Positions 21,455-31,741 of a stretch of DNA of 64,000 nucleotides are shown here, one piece after another; the stretch's first letter is position 1, and every line of letters begins with the position of its first letter. Origin of the DNA: Alphaproteobacteria bacterium. Its GTDB lineage: Bacteria > Pseudomonadota > Alphaproteobacteria > UBA828. A model generated the notes under the pieces. That model did no database searches. It was not told the origin of the DNA and saw only the letters and a program-made list of their open reading frames with translations. Where the stretch lies: assembly GCA_965214705.1 (NCBI GenBank), contig CBDCCI010000002.1, positions 1,568,001 to 1,632,000 of the forward strand, written 5' to 3'. Position numbers and translations under genes: made by a program.

Positions 21455-22164
21455 GCGCGGCGCCGGAGCCGGTGCTGGCGACCCACGAACTCACCGCCTT
21501 CTACGGCGATTTCCAGGCGCTGTTCGGGATCGACGTGCATGTCGCGCGCGGCGAGACCGTTGCCATCATCGGGGCCAACGGCGCGGGCAAGTCGACGTTC
21601 CTGAGAAGCGTGGTCGGGCAGCTGTCGTCCGGGCGGGAGCAGGTGACGTTCGAGGGCGAGCCCATCGGCCATCTGCCGGCGCACGAGATCGTGCGCCGCG
21701 GAGTCGCGCTGGTGCCCGAGGGGCGGCTGCTCTTCCCCTCGCTCTTGGTCGAGGAGAACCTGCGTCTCGGGGCCTATGGCAAGCGCGCGGGTCCGTGGAA
21801 GATCGAGCGCGTGCACGAGCTCTTCCCGGTCCTGCGGGAGCGCCGCGCGACGCCCGGCACCGCGCTCAGCGGCGGCGAGCAGCAGATGTGCGCCATCGGC
21901 CGCGCGCTGATGAGCAACCCGACGCTCTTGCTCTGCGACGAGCTCAGCCTGGGGCTCGCGCCGGTCATCATCCGGCAGATCTACGCCGTGCTGCCGGTAA
22001 TCGTTTCCGAGGGGACGACCATCGTCGTGGTCGAGCAGGACATCAACCAGGCGCTTGCCGTCGCCGACCGTGTCTGTTGTTTCCAGGAAGGCCGCGTTTC
22101 GCTCCAGGGCAGGCCGGACGACCTCTCCCGCGAAGACGTCGCCACGGCGTACTTCGGTGTTTAG
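21451..22164 (+). CDS. ABC ATP-binding protein (LivF-like)
   Basis: GANGAGKS, LSGGEQQM, DELSLGLAP; ATGA overlap with the upstream gene. Confidence 0.92.
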   Translation: MSAAPEPVLATHELTAFYGDFQALFGIDVHVARGETVAIIGANGAGKSTFLRSVVGQLSSGREQVTFEGEPIGHLPAHEIVRRGVALVPEGRLLFPSLLVEENLRLGAYGKRAGPWKIERVHELFPVLRERRATPGTALSGGEQQMCAIGRALMSNPTLLLCDELSLGLAPVIIRQIYAVLPVIVSEGTTIVVVEQDINQALAVADRVCCFQEGRVSLQGRPDDLSREDVATAYFGV

Positions 22165-22180
22165 AGCGGCCTGACCCGCG

Positions 22181-23050
22181 ATGGAGTGGCTCGACGCCAT
22201 CATTCAGGGCGTGTTGCTGGGCGGGCTCTACGCGCTGTTCGCGACCGGGCTCTCGCTCATCTTCGGCGTGATGCGGCTGGTCAACATCGCGCACGGCGAT
22301 CTGATCGTGCTCGCCGCCTTCCTCGGCCTCGCCATGGTCAACGGCACCGGCGTGCATCCGCTCATCAGCCTGATCGTCATCGTGCCGGTGATGGCGGCGA
22401 TCGGCTACGCGCTCCAGCGCGGCATCCTCAACTTCACGCTGGGCCGTGACATCCTGCCGCCGCTGCTGGTGACCTTCGGCCTCTCGATCATCATCCAGAA
22501 CGTGCTGCTGGAGGTGTTCTCCGCCGACACGCAGCGCCTCAAGGCCGGTGCGCTCGAGACCGCGAGCATCGCCATCGGCGAGCAGATCGCCATCGGCTGG
22601 TTCCCCCTCATCGTCTTCCTGTCTGCGGTCGGCGTGATCGCTGCCTTGCAGCTCGTGCTCTTCCGCACCCGGCTGGGCACCGCCTTCCGCGCGACCTCCG
22701 ACGACCACGAGACCGCGGCGCTGATGGGCATCGACAACCGCCACGTCTTCGCGCTCGCGATGGCGTTGGCGCTCGCGGTGGTGGCACTCGCCGGCACCTT
22801 CATGGCGATCCGCACCAACTTCTCGCCCGCCATCGGGCCGGCGCGGCTGCTCTACGCTTTCGAGGCGGTGATCATCGGCGGACTCGGCAGCCTGTGGGGC
22901 ACGCTCGCCGGCGGCGTGATCCTGGGCGTGGCGCAGGCCATCGGCGCCAAGTTTCACCCCGGCGGGCAGATCCTCGCGGGGCACGTCGCGTTCCTGATCG
23001 TGCTCGTGCTCCGCCCCAACGGGCTCTTCCCGCGCACGAGGGATCGGTGA
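22181..23050 (+). CDS. ABC permease (LivH-like)
   Basis: GLSLIFGVMRLVNIAHG; multiple TM segments. Confidence 0.92.
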   Translation: MEWLDAIIQGVLLGGLYALFATGLSLIFGVMRLVNIAHGDLIVLAAFLGLAMVNGTGVHPLISLIVIVPVMAAIGYALQRGILNFTLGRDILPPLLVTFGLSIIIQNVLLEVFSADTQRLKAGALETASIAIGEQIAIGWFPLIVFLSAVGVIAALQLVLFRTRLGTAFRATSDDHETAALMGIDNRHVFALAMALALAVVALAGTFMAIRTNFSPAIGPARLLYAFEAVIIGGLGSLWGTLAGGVILGVAQAIGAKFHPGGQILAGHVAFLIVLVLRPNGLFPRTRDR

Positions 23051-24117
23051 GCGAGGGCGCCGCCAGCTACCGCGTCGCGCGCGGCACACGCGCGAGCCGC
23101 TACGGCGCGCTGGTCGCGATCGCAGGCCTCGCCGTCCTGATCTCGCTCCCGTTCTGGGGCGGGCGCGCGGACATGCGGACCATCGTCGAGATCGCCTACT
23201 ACCTGGCGCTGGCACAGCTCTGGAACCTGCTCGCGGGCTACGCCGGGCTGGTCTCGGTCGGCCAGCAGGCCTTCCTGGGCCTCGGCGGCTACGCGCTTTT
23301 CGTCTTCGCGATGAACGCGGGCGTCCACCCCATCGCGGCGATCCCGCTCGCGGGCATCGCCGCCGCGCTCTTCGCCGTGCCGACGGCGTTCATCGTGTTC
23401 CGCCTGCGGGGCGCCTACTTCGCCATCGGCACCTGGGTGGTGGCGGAGGTGTACATGCTCTCCTTCGCCCAGGTGTCCGCGCTCGGCGGCGGCTCCGGCA
23501 TGAGCCTGCCGGCAGCCGTGGTGAAGGGCATCGCCGCAGGCCGCATGTGGCGGGAAACGGCGATCTACTGGACCGGGATTGCCATCGCGGTCGGCGCCAT
23601 CGCGCTGGTCTACCTGCTGCTCCGCTCGCGCCACGGCCTCGCGCTGACCGCGATCCGCGATTCTGAGGAGGCGTCCGGCAGCCTCGGCGTCGACAACTTC
23701 CGCACCAAGATCTGGGTCTATATCGTCGCCGCCTTCGGTACCGGCATGGTCGGCGCGCTGGTGTTCCTGACCAAGCTCCGCATCTCGCCGGAGGCCGGCT
23801 TCAACGTGGTCGACTGGACCGCCAACGTCATCTTCATCGTCGTGATCGGCGGCATCGGCACCATCGAAGGGCCGATCATCGGGGTCATCATCTTCTTCGT
23901 GCTGCGCGAGCTGCTCGCGGACTTCGGCAGCTGGTACCTGATCGTGCTCGGCGGGATTGCGGTGCTGATGATGCTGCGGGCGCCGCAGGGCGTCTGGGGC
24001 CTGATCGCCGAGCGCTTCGATATCCGCTTCTTCCCGGTGCAGCGGCGCCTCGTGTTCGACCCCGCGTCCTTCAGTTTCGTGTCGGACTCCCAAGACGAGA
24101 ACGATCGCAACCGGTGA
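23047..24117 (+). CDS. ABC permease (LivM-like)
   Basis: WNLLAGYAGLVSVGQ, RLRGAYFAIGT; GTGA overlap. Confidence 0.9.
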   Translation: MSEGAASYRVARGTRASRYGALVAIAGLAVLISLPFWGGRADMRTIVEIAYYLALAQLWNLLAGYAGLVSVGQQAFLGLGGYALFVFAMNAGVHPIAAIPLAGIAAALFAVPTAFIVFRLRGAYFAIGTWVVAEVYMLSFAQVSALGGGSGMSLPAAVVKGIAAGRMWRETAIYWTGIAIAVGAIALVYLLLRSRHGLALTAIRDSEEASGSLGVDNFRTKIWVYIVAAFGTGMVGALVFLTKLRISPEAGFNVVDWTANVIFIVVIGGIGTIEGPIIGVIIFFVLRELLADFGSWYLIVLGGIAVLMMLRAPQGVWGLIAERFDIRFFPVQRRLVFDPASFSFVSDSQDENDRNR

Positions 24118-24150
24118 ACTTCCGGCGGGTGTATCGCTTTCGGGTTCCGG

Positions 24151-24966
24151 CTACTTCACGGCGCCGAGGGCGAGGCCGCGGATCATGTGGCGCTGAATCA
24201 GGAACACCACGATCAGCATCGGCACGAGCTGGATCACCACCGCCGCCGAGAGCGGCCCCCAGAGCACGTTGTAGAGGTCGATCATCTTGGCGATCTGCAC
24301 CGGGATCGTGACCGCCTTGTAGCTGGTGAGGTAGAGCGCGAAGAGGAACTCGTTCCAGGCGAAGACGAAGGTGAAGACCGCGGTGACCGCAATGCCGGAA
24401 GTCGCCATCGGCAGCATGATGCGCCAGATGATCGAGAACCAGCCGAGGCCGTCCAGCCGCGCCGCCTCCTCGACCTCGCGCGGCAGGTCGAGCAGGAAGC
24501 CGCGCAGCAGCCACACCGCGAACGGCAGGCCGTAGGCCACGTAGACGATGATCATGCCGAGGTGGCTGTCGGTGAGCCCGGTCCACTGCGCCATCAGGAA
24601 GTAGGGCAGCGCGATCACTACGCCCGGCATGAAGCGGAGCGAGAGGATCAAAAGCGACATGCCGTCGGCGCCCCGCATCTTCATCCGCGCCAACGCGTAG
24701 GCCGAGATCAGCGCCAGGAACATCGTGATGATGGTGGAGACGATGACGATGATCGCGCTGTTGAGGATGGCCTGGGCGAAATCGAAGCGCTCGAAGGTCG
24801 TGTGGTAGTGCTCAAGCGTTGGGTCGAAGGCGAACTGCGGCTTCGGGGCGTTGATCACGTTCGTCGGCTTCACCGAGGTCATCGCGATCCAGTAGAGCGG
24901 CGCGAGGTAGACCGCGACCACGACCACCGCGCCGACATCCAGGAATCGTCTGAGCGGCGTGCGCAT
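24151..24966 (-). CDS. Carbohydrate-type ABC permease
   Basis: EVEEAARLDG (EAA loop), FAWNEFL. Confidence 0.92.
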   Translation of the reverse strand: MRTPLRRFLDVGAVVVVAVYLAPLYWIAMTSVKPTNVINAPKPQFAFDPTLEHYHTTFERFDFAQAILNSAIIVIVSTIITMFLALISAYALARMKMRGADGMSLLILSLRFMPGVVIALPYFLMAQWTGLTDSHLGMIIVYVAYGLPFAVWLLRGFLLDLPREVEEAARLDGLGWFSIIWRIMLPMATSGIAVTAVFTFVFAWNEFLFALYLTSYKAVTIPVQIAKMIDLYNVLWGPLSAAVVIQLVPMLIVVFLIQRHMIRGLALGAVK

Positions 24967-25910
24967 CAGACGCTCACCTTCTGCCGCGTCGCCTTCTCCT
25001 GCCGATGCAGGACGCGGAGGAAGCTGATCACCACGATGTTGATGGCGATCACCATGAGCACGCCGTAGGCCGCCATGACGCCGAGCCGGCCGGCGTGGAA
25101 GATGGAATAGATGTTCATGCTGGCGAGCAGCGTGGACGAGCCGGGCCCGCCCCGCGTGATGATGAGGATCACGTCGAAGATGCGGATCTCATCCACCAGC
25201 CTCAACAGCAGCACCACCGTCACCACGGGCCAGATCAGCGGCAGCACGATGCGGCGCAGATAGGTGAGGCCGCGCACCCGGTCAAGCCGCGCGGCCTCGA
25301 CCACCTCCGGAGATATCCCCTGCATGCCGGCGAGCAGGATGAGCGTGACGAAGGGCGTCCACTGCCAGATGTCGACGATCATCACCGAGAGCAGCGCCGT
25401 ATCCGGGTGGGTGTGCCACAGGCTCTTCTCGAGGCCCACGCCCTGGAGCAGATAGTTGAGCAGGCCGCCGATGGGCTCGAACATCGCGCGCCAAGAGAGC
25501 CCGAGCGCGACCGGCGTGATGAACACCGGGATCACGATGAGGGTTCTCAGAATGCCGATGCCGCGCATGGTGGTGTCCAGCAGCATGGCCAGGAACAGGC
25601 CCAGGATCAGTTGAACCGGCACCGTGATGGCGCACCAGATGCCGGCGAGCCGGAGCGTCTTCCAGAACGTGTCGTCGTTGAAGAAGAGGAATTCGAAATT
25701 GCGCGGGCCGACCCAGCGCGCCGCCAGCGGGTTGAACAGGTTGTCGCTGCGGAACGCCGTCGCCACGGTCCACCCCAGGGGATAGACCGCGAGCCCGATC
25801 AGGATGAGGAGAGTCGGAAGGACGAGAAGGTAAGCGATCCGATTCTCGCTCAGGTGAAGAAAGGGCTGGCGGCGCCCCCCGGAGGAGCCCGCCAGCCCTG
25901 GTACAGCCAT
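24966..25910 (-). CDS. Carbohydrate-type ABC permease
   Basis: DIWQWTPF, EAARLD, TRGGPG. Confidence 0.92.
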   Translation of the reverse strand: MAVPGLAGSSGGRRQPFLHLSENRIAYLLVLPTLLILIGLAVYPLGWTVATAFRSDNLFNPLAARWVGPRNFEFLFFNDDTFWKTLRLAGIWCAITVPVQLILGLFLAMLLDTTMRGIGILRTLIVIPVFITPVALGLSWRAMFEPIGGLLNYLLQGVGLEKSLWHTHPDTALLSVMIVDIWQWTPFVTLILLAGMQGISPEVVEAARLDRVRGLTYLRRIVLPLIWPVVTVVLLLRLVDEIRIFDVILIITRGGPGSSTLLASMNIYSIFHAGRLGVMAAYGVLMVIAINIVVISFLRVLHRQEKATRQKVSV

Positions 25911-25921
25911 GCAGAGAACGC

Positions 25922-27343
25922 TTAGTCGTAGTAGCCGTTATCCGCCATGATCTGGCGCTGCGCCTCGTCGATGTCCACGAGCGCCTCTTCCATGCCCTTT
26001 TCGCCCGCGATCACCGCGGCGACGTCGTTGCCGAGCGTGTCGGCGAGCGTGAAGGTCGGCGGCACCCAGACAAAGCCCGGCGTGCAGATCGGGATGGACC
26101 TCGCAAGCGCGTCGAAGTAGGGCTGCTTCTCCGCGTACTTGTTGAGCAGCGAAGTCCGCGCCGGCTGCCCGGCCGCGTTGACGAAGTCCTCGCCAATGCG
26201 GGTGTCGACGTAGTCGCCCGAGCTCATGTGCTTGACCCACTCGAACGCGGCCCGCTGGTCGTCGCCGAAGCTGTTGACGTAGAAGCCGAAGCCGCCCATC
26301 AGCGGTTCCTGCTTGCTGATCTCGGTCTCGCCGCCGGGTACGACATCCGAGCGGAAGTTCGCGTGGTGATCCGTGAAGTTGGGATCCTGCAGCACCGAGG
26401 TGCCCCACTCCATCGGCGCGAACACGGCGGAGCCCTTGGCGAGCACCGAGTTCGCCTCCTCGTCCGTCGCGTTCATCGTGATCGGGTGGCGATATTCCAT
26501 CAGCTTGAGCAGCATGGAGAACGCCTTGTGACCGATCTCGGTGTTGAACTGCGGCTCCCAGTTCTCGTCGAACCAGACGCCGCCGTAGGAGCGGATCATC
26601 TGGTAGAGCTCGAGGCCGGCGAAGAGGCCGCGGCGCCCGGTGGTGACGAAGCCGTAGATGTCGTTGTCAGGATCGTGCAGAGCCTTGCAGACCTCGATGG
26701 TCTCTTCCCAGGTCGTCGGGACCGAAGTGATGCCCGCTTCGTCGAACTTGTCCTGGCGGTAGTACATCAGCTTCGTGTTGCTATCGAAGGCGATGGAGGC
26801 GTGGTGGCCCTCCGGCGTCTGCGGGAAGTTGTAGCCCACGGTGACGTTGGCCGGGACATCGGCGTGGTAGTCGTCCAGCCAGCCCTGGTCCTCGGCGAGC
26901 CACTCGTCGAGGTTGAGCGGCGTGCCGATGGTGCCGATCGACGACATCACGTTGTGGTCGTTGATGGCGCAGTTGTAGGAGTCCGACTTGGACGCCGCGT
27001 AGACCTGCATCTTGGTGTAGGCCTCGCCCACCGGCTCCGCGATGATCTTCACATTGACGTTGGGGAAGCGCTCCTTGAAGGTCCCGACCACGGCTTCGAG
27101 CGGCAGGCCCCAGCGCTGGCCCGCGAAGGTGTAGGCCACCACGTCGCCCTCGAGGCTGTCGTCGGTGTACCAGCCGGGCCCGTTGGTGTCTGACGAGCGC
27201 GCCCACTTCGGCGCGACGCCGACGCCTGCGGCCGCAGCCATGGCTGCCGAGATCTGGAGCATCTGCCGGCGCGTGATCTTCGCCCGCATGTCACGCGCGT
27301 GCTGCATCGATTGCTTGTAGAGAGTCTCTCTGTCCGTACCCAT
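25922..27343 (-). CDS. Extracellular solute-binding protein (family 1), Tat exported
   Basis: ITRRQMLQ signal; MYYRQD, PTTWEE; RBS GGAGG. Confidence 0.88.
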   Translation of the reverse strand: MGTDRETLYKQSMQHARDMRAKITRRQMLQISAAMAAAAGVGVAPKWARSSDTNGPGWYTDDSLEGDVVAYTFAGQRWGLPLEAVVGTFKERFPNVNVKIIAEPVGEAYTKMQVYAASKSDSYNCAINDHNVMSSIGTIGTPLNLDEWLAEDQGWLDDYHADVPANVTVGYNFPQTPEGHHASIAFDSNTKLMYYRQDKFDEAGITSVPTTWEETIEVCKALHDPDNDIYGFVTTGRRGLFAGLELYQMIRSYGGVWFDENWEPQFNTEIGHKAFSMLLKLMEYRHPITMNATDEEANSVLAKGSAVFAPMEWGTSVLQDPNFTDHHANFRSDVVPGGETEISKQEPLMGGFGFYVNSFGDDQRAAFEWVKHMSSGDYVDTRIGEDFVNAAGQPARTSLLNKYAEKQPYFDALARSIPICTPGFVWVPPTFTLADTLGNDVAAVIAGEKGMEEALVDIDEAQRQIMADNGYYD

Positions 27344-27449
27344 GTGAACCTCCCCTGGGATTTGGTCGTGGAAACTATAGCGCCGCGCCGTGGGGAGTGT
27401 ATACGTTGACGGAGCCGTAAACTCGGCGTCCAACCCGCGGAGAGCCCCC

Positions 27450-28793
27450 ATGTCCTACTGGATCAGCCAGAGCGTCGATGGCGCGCCCTTGCCCAAGGCG
27501 GTTCGTGCCGAAGGCGTCTACGTCTACGGCGAGGACGGCAAGCGCTACATCGACAGCACCGGCGGGCCGGGGCTGTTCTCCCTCGGTCACGGCCACCCGG
27601 AAGTGACGGCGGCGATCAAGGACCAGTTCGACCGGATGGCCTACGGCTTCAGCATGACCTTCACGACGGATGTGGTGGAGGAGCTCTCCGAGAAGGTCGT
27701 GACGGCCGCCGGCGCCGATCGTTTCGGCGGCGTGTTCTACTCGTCGAGCGGGTCCGAGGCCAACGAGCACGCGCTGAAGGCCGCGCTACAGTATCACCTC
27801 GCGAATGGCGAGCCCGAGCGGACCCGCTTCATCGGCCGCAAGCTCTCCTGGCACGGGGCGACGCTCGGTGTGCTCGACGTCGGCCATCACCTCTGGCGGC
27901 GGAGCCTCTACGAGAGCGAGCTCGGCCGCGCGACCCACGTCTCCGCGCCGATGCTTTATCGGCCGCCGGAGGGCGTCGCGCCCGAGGACCTCGCGCAGCA
28001 CTATGCGGACGAGCTCGATGCCGAGATCCGGCGCGTAGGCCCCGGTCGGGTCGCGGCCTTCATCTTCGAGCCCATCGGCGGCGGCACCGGCGGCATCCTG
28101 CCGCCGCCCGCCGGCTACGCCCAGGCCATGCGCGCGGTCTGCGACGAGCACGGCGTGCTCATGATCGCGGACGAGATTTTTTGCGGCGTGGGGCGCTCCG
28201 GCAAATGGCGGGCGCTGGAGCATGACGATGTGAACCCCGACATCATGACCATCGCAAAGGGGCTCTCGGGCGGCTACATGCCGCTCAGCGCCTGCGTGCT
28301 CTCGCGCCAGGTGCGCGAGACGATCGACCGCGCCTACGGCAATCTCGAAGCGGCCCGCACCTATTCCGGCCACACCGCCGCCTGCGCGGCCGGGCGCGCG
28401 GTGCTGGGCATCATCGAGCGCGACGGGCTGGTGGAGAAGGTCGCGAGCGACGGCATCTACCTCAAGGAGCGGCTGGACCGGGCGCTGGGCCAGGACGACG
28501 CGGTCGGCGATATCCGGGGCTGCGGCCTCATGTGGGGGATCGAGCTGGTCAAGGACCGCGACACCAAGGAGCCGTTCGATCCCGCGCTCCAGGTGTGGAA
28601 GCGCTATCGCGACGCCGCGCTGGAGAACGGCATGCTGAGCTACCAGGGCGGCGCCATCATCGACAGTAAGCGCGGCGATTACGCTCTCGTCACCCCGGCC
28701 TACACGGCGACGCGGGACGAGCTCGACGAGATCGTGGACAAGGTCGCCCTCTCGATCCGCCAGGCCGTGGAGTCGGCGCGCGCCGCGGCCTGA
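27450..28793 (+). CDS. Class III PLP aminotransferase
   Basis: SGSEANE, SWHGAT, IADEIFCGVGRSG, IAKGLSGG (PLP lysine). Confidence 0.93.
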   Translation: MSYWISQSVDGAPLPKAVRAEGVYVYGEDGKRYIDSTGGPGLFSLGHGHPEVTAAIKDQFDRMAYGFSMTFTTDVVEELSEKVVTAAGADRFGGVFYSSSGSEANEHALKAALQYHLANGEPERTRFIGRKLSWHGATLGVLDVGHHLWRRSLYESELGRATHVSAPMLYRPPEGVAPEDLAQHYADELDAEIRRVGPGRVAAFIFEPIGGGTGGILPPPAGYAQAMRAVCDEHGVLMIADEIFCGVGRSGKWRALEHDDVNPDIMTIAKGLSGGYMPLSACVLSRQVRETIDRAYGNLEAARTYSGHTAACAAGRAVLGIIERDGLVEKVASDGIYLKERLDRALGQDDAVGDIRGCGLMWGIELVKDRDTKEPFDPALQVWKRYRDAALENGMLSYQGGAIIDSKRGDYALVTPAYTATRDELDEIVDKVALSIRQAVESARAAA

Positions 28794-28839
28794 ATCCGCC
28801 GCGCCGACGGGCTCCCCCGCTTCGACAGCGATACGTCTC

Positions 28840-29931
28840 GTGTTCTCCGTTCCAATTTGGGACGAGCTAGTCCCCACTCTCGGGCTTTCCGGCGTGGCGG
28901 TCCTCGCTCTGGTGGGCGGCTACTTGTACGGCGGCAATCTGTGGTGGGAACGCCACTCAATCCGCTTCGGCGGCGACCCATTGCCACTGCAATTCAGCGG
29001 CGCAGTTGGCGAGCTCGTGGTTCTCGCCATGGTGGTCGCCGGAGTCGTCATTGTGATGGTCTCTTGCCCGGACGCGAGCCTGTACCACTCGGAAGGCCCG
29101 GAGCTGGCCTTAGTCTTCCTCTGGTTCGGCTGCGTCTATGCTGGCGCCGTCTTCCACTCGCAAGGCGAGATTGAAGCCGGCGCAGACAAGAGCGAAATCG
29201 AGGCCATCGGCGGCAGCGATCAGTCGCCCGAAGCGAAAGCCGAGCTTGACAAGCAGCTTCGTCAGAAGTTGCGGAGGGCGTATCGCGTCTACGATCTCTA
29301 TTCCTGTGTGGTCTTTGGCCTTGGCGGTCTGGCGCTTGCCAAAGCCGCTCTCCAATTCTGGCATGACTGGCAGAGCAATGCGTCCGCCTCCCGGCACTTG
29401 GTTGCTCAGGCCGACACGCTCCTGGCGATCCAGCCCGCCGTGTTTAACCTGAACGCCATCATCGAGGTCGAGCGGGCCTATCTGTCATTTCGAGAACTGC
29501 TGAACGACGTGCTCCTCCAGGTCGAGCCGATCGCCTTCCTGTTTCTCTATGTTATGTTGATGAGCCTGCTGGTTTCTGTGACGCCCATCTCGGCCGCGTA
29601 TCGCAACCGTGCGCGTCGGCTGGGCTCGACCGTCTCATTGATCGCGGTGATCGTCCTCCTGGCGATCTCACTTGGTAGCTATTTCCTGCACGCGACGGTC
29701 GCCTCGCGCGGCCTAGCAAGCTCGCTCTCGTACCTGGAGTCGTGGTCCGCCACCGATTTCCGCCATTATCTGCGGTATTCGGAGATCTACACGGAAGTGA
29801 ACGCGGCAGGTGGGCTCAGCGGGTTCATCAGGGCGCTGCTTTCCGAAGCGGTGTTTCTTGTCATCCTGGTGGGTGTTGCCCAGCAGGCGGCCTCCTGGGT
29901 GCGCCATCTGATGGGACGATCAAAGCAGTGA
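28840..29931 (+). CDS. Hypothetical multi-pass membrane protein
   Basis: 363-aa ORF with about 7 hydrophobic segments; stop overlaps the next start. Confidence 0.6.
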   Translation: MFSVPIWDELVPTLGLSGVAVLALVGGYLYGGNLWWERHSIRFGGDPLPLQFSGAVGELVVLAMVVAGVVIVMVSCPDASLYHSEGPELALVFLWFGCVYAGAVFHSQGEIEAGADKSEIEAIGGSDQSPEAKAELDKQLRQKLRRAYRVYDLYSCVVFGLGGLALAKAALQFWHDWQSNASASRHLVAQADTLLAIQPAVFNLNAIIEVERAYLSFRELLNDVLLQVEPIAFLFLYVMLMSLLVSVTPISAAYRNRARRLGSTVSLIAVIVLLAISLGSYFLHATVASRGLASSLSYLESWSATDFRHYLRYSEIYTEVNAAGGLSGFIRALLSEAVFLVILVGVAQQAASWVRHLMGRSKQ

Positions 29932-30953
29932 TCGCAGCCGTGGCGGTCCTGCTCGCGCTGGTTGTCGCGGCCGGCGTCGTGTTCTTTGCCAATCGCCTTA
30001 AGTCTCCGCGCTACGGCGGCATCCCCTTCAGCGGGCCGGACCAGGCAGGCGCAGCCGGCGCCGCGTTGCAGATCGTTACTTGGAACATCGGCTACGGATC
30101 ACTGGGGGCAGGTGCGGACTTTGTCGCGGATGGCGGTCAGAACGTGCGCGCCCTCGGCCGCCGCAGCATAACCAGCGCGGTTGACGCCATCGGCGAGACA
30201 TTGGGGAGGCTGGATGCCGATCTCGTGCTCCTGCAGGAGATGGCGGCGGCAAGTTTCATGACCCGAGGAGTCGATGTCAAAGCGGGTGTACTAAGGGCGT
30301 TGAACCGCTACCGCGTTGCCTTTTGGAAAGATTTTTCAACGACGATGGTGCCGCCGCCCTTCAATCTTTCCAACGGATTGATGACGCTCGCTTGCGTCGC
30401 CGGCGCAGAGTGCACAGCGCAACCTCTGCCGCAAGAGCCAGGCTTTCGCCTCGGAATCCTCAAGAAGCAATACGGTGCTCTCGTGACCCGAATTCCGGTC
30501 GAGGACGGCCGCGAGTGGGTCATCATGAACATCCACCTTGCCGCGTTCGACGACGGCGGACAGGTCAGATCAAGGCAGGTCTCGGCGCTGCTGGAGTTGG
30601 CACAGGCCGCGTATCGAAGCGGCGCGCATGTGGTGATCGGCGGCGACTGGAACTTGCGACTGGTCGATACGGCGTTTCCTCATGGAACGGAGGAGAAGTT
30701 TCTCTGGTGGATTCACGACTTTCCCCACGAGGCCGTTCCCGAGGGATGGACATTCGGCCTCGATCCGTCCGTGCCCAGCGTTCGCACGCTGCATCGGCCC
30801 TATGAATCGGGGGTCAACTACGTGACCGTCATCGACGGATTTCTGGTTTCGCCCAACGTGGTCGTCGAGCGAGTCGAGACGTTGGATCTCGGCTTTCTCC
30901 ACACCGATCATCACCCGGTGCTGGCGACCCTGCGAATGAACACTGTGCAATAA
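29928..30953 (+). CDS. Endonuclease/exonuclease/phosphatase family protein, N-terminally anchored
   Basis: TWNIGY, LLQE, NIHLAAF, GGDWN, IDGFLVS, TDHHPV. Confidence 0.88.
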   Translation: MIAAVAVLLALVVAAGVVFFANRLKSPRYGGIPFSGPDQAGAAGAALQIVTWNIGYGSLGAGADFVADGGQNVRALGRRSITSAVDAIGETLGRLDADLVLLQEMAAASFMTRGVDVKAGVLRALNRYRVAFWKDFSTTMVPPPFNLSNGLMTLACVAGAECTAQPLPQEPGFRLGILKKQYGALVTRIPVEDGREWVIMNIHLAAFDDGGQVRSRQVSALLELAQAAYRSGAHVVIGGDWNLRLVDTAFPHGTEEKFLWWIHDFPHEAVPEGWTFGLDPSVPSVRTLHRPYESGVNYVTVIDGFLVSPNVVVERVETLDLGFLHTDHHPVLATLRMNTVQ

Positions 30954-31025
30954 CGCCCGATCCGGATTCGTCACGACGGTCATGGAGAGCGCCGCGCAAT
31001 CTATGACGCTCGCGCGACACGACGC

Positions 31026-31715
31026 CTACCCGGAGAGCACCACGCCCCAGGGCAGGACCTGGTTGCCGGAGACGAGGCTCGCGCCGAGGATACGCGTCGG
31101 CTTCAGCAGGTGGGTGGGGTCGTCGTCGCTCGGCTCGAAGCGCACCGTGCCTTCGCCCCAGACGGTCTCGGTGATCTCGGTCTCGGCCGGGAGCTGTACG
31201 ATCTGCCGCTTCACCGCGTCCGGCCGGTCCGCCTCCGGCAGTGCCTTCACGAAGAGGCGGGGGAAGGTCTTGAGGGGCTCGAATTCCTGGCCGGTGGGCC
31301 GCATGTCGATCTCGATCACGCGCCGGCCCAGGCGCTCGGTAAAGCCCCAAATCCGGTTTGTATCGACGTGAAGCTCCATGGCCGCGAGCTTCATGCGGAA
31401 GCCCCAGAGCTCGCGGGTGCCGGAGCAGACCTGATCGGTGCTGGTGAAGGCGTGCACCCAATGCCCACCGATCTCGCCGCCGTAGCGCACCTGCGCGATG
31501 ACGGCGCTGTCGTAGTAGGGGCGCGTCGGCACCGTGCTCTCGAAGTGCATGACCGTGATCTGCACGACGTTGGTGGCAAGCTCCAGCGGCGCTGGCACGC
31601 GCGGGGCAAGGGCCGCCTCGTCCACCTCGCAGAAGATGCTGAGGGTGCGGAAGCGATGCTTCCAGGGCGGCAGGGGGTAGGGCAGGAGCTTGGTGTCGAG
31701 CTGCTTCTCGTTCAT
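31026..31715 (-). CDS. Acetoacetate decarboxylase (Adc) family protein
   Basis: PYPLPPW, GTRELWGFRMK (Adc-type Lys motif). Confidence 0.75.
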   Translation of the reverse strand: MNEKQLDTKLLPYPLPPWKHRFRTLSIFCEVDEAALAPRVPAPLELATNVVQITVMHFESTVPTRPYYDSAVIAQVRYGGEIGGHWVHAFTSTDQVCSGTRELWGFRMKLAAMELHVDTNRIWGFTERLGRRVIEIDMRPTGQEFEPLKTFPRLFVKALPEADRPDAVKRQIVQLPAETEITETVWGEGTVRFEPSDDDPTHLLKPTRILGASLVSGNQVLPWGVVLSG

Positions 31716-31741
31716 GGGCGCACTCGTCGGGGGTTGGTCGC

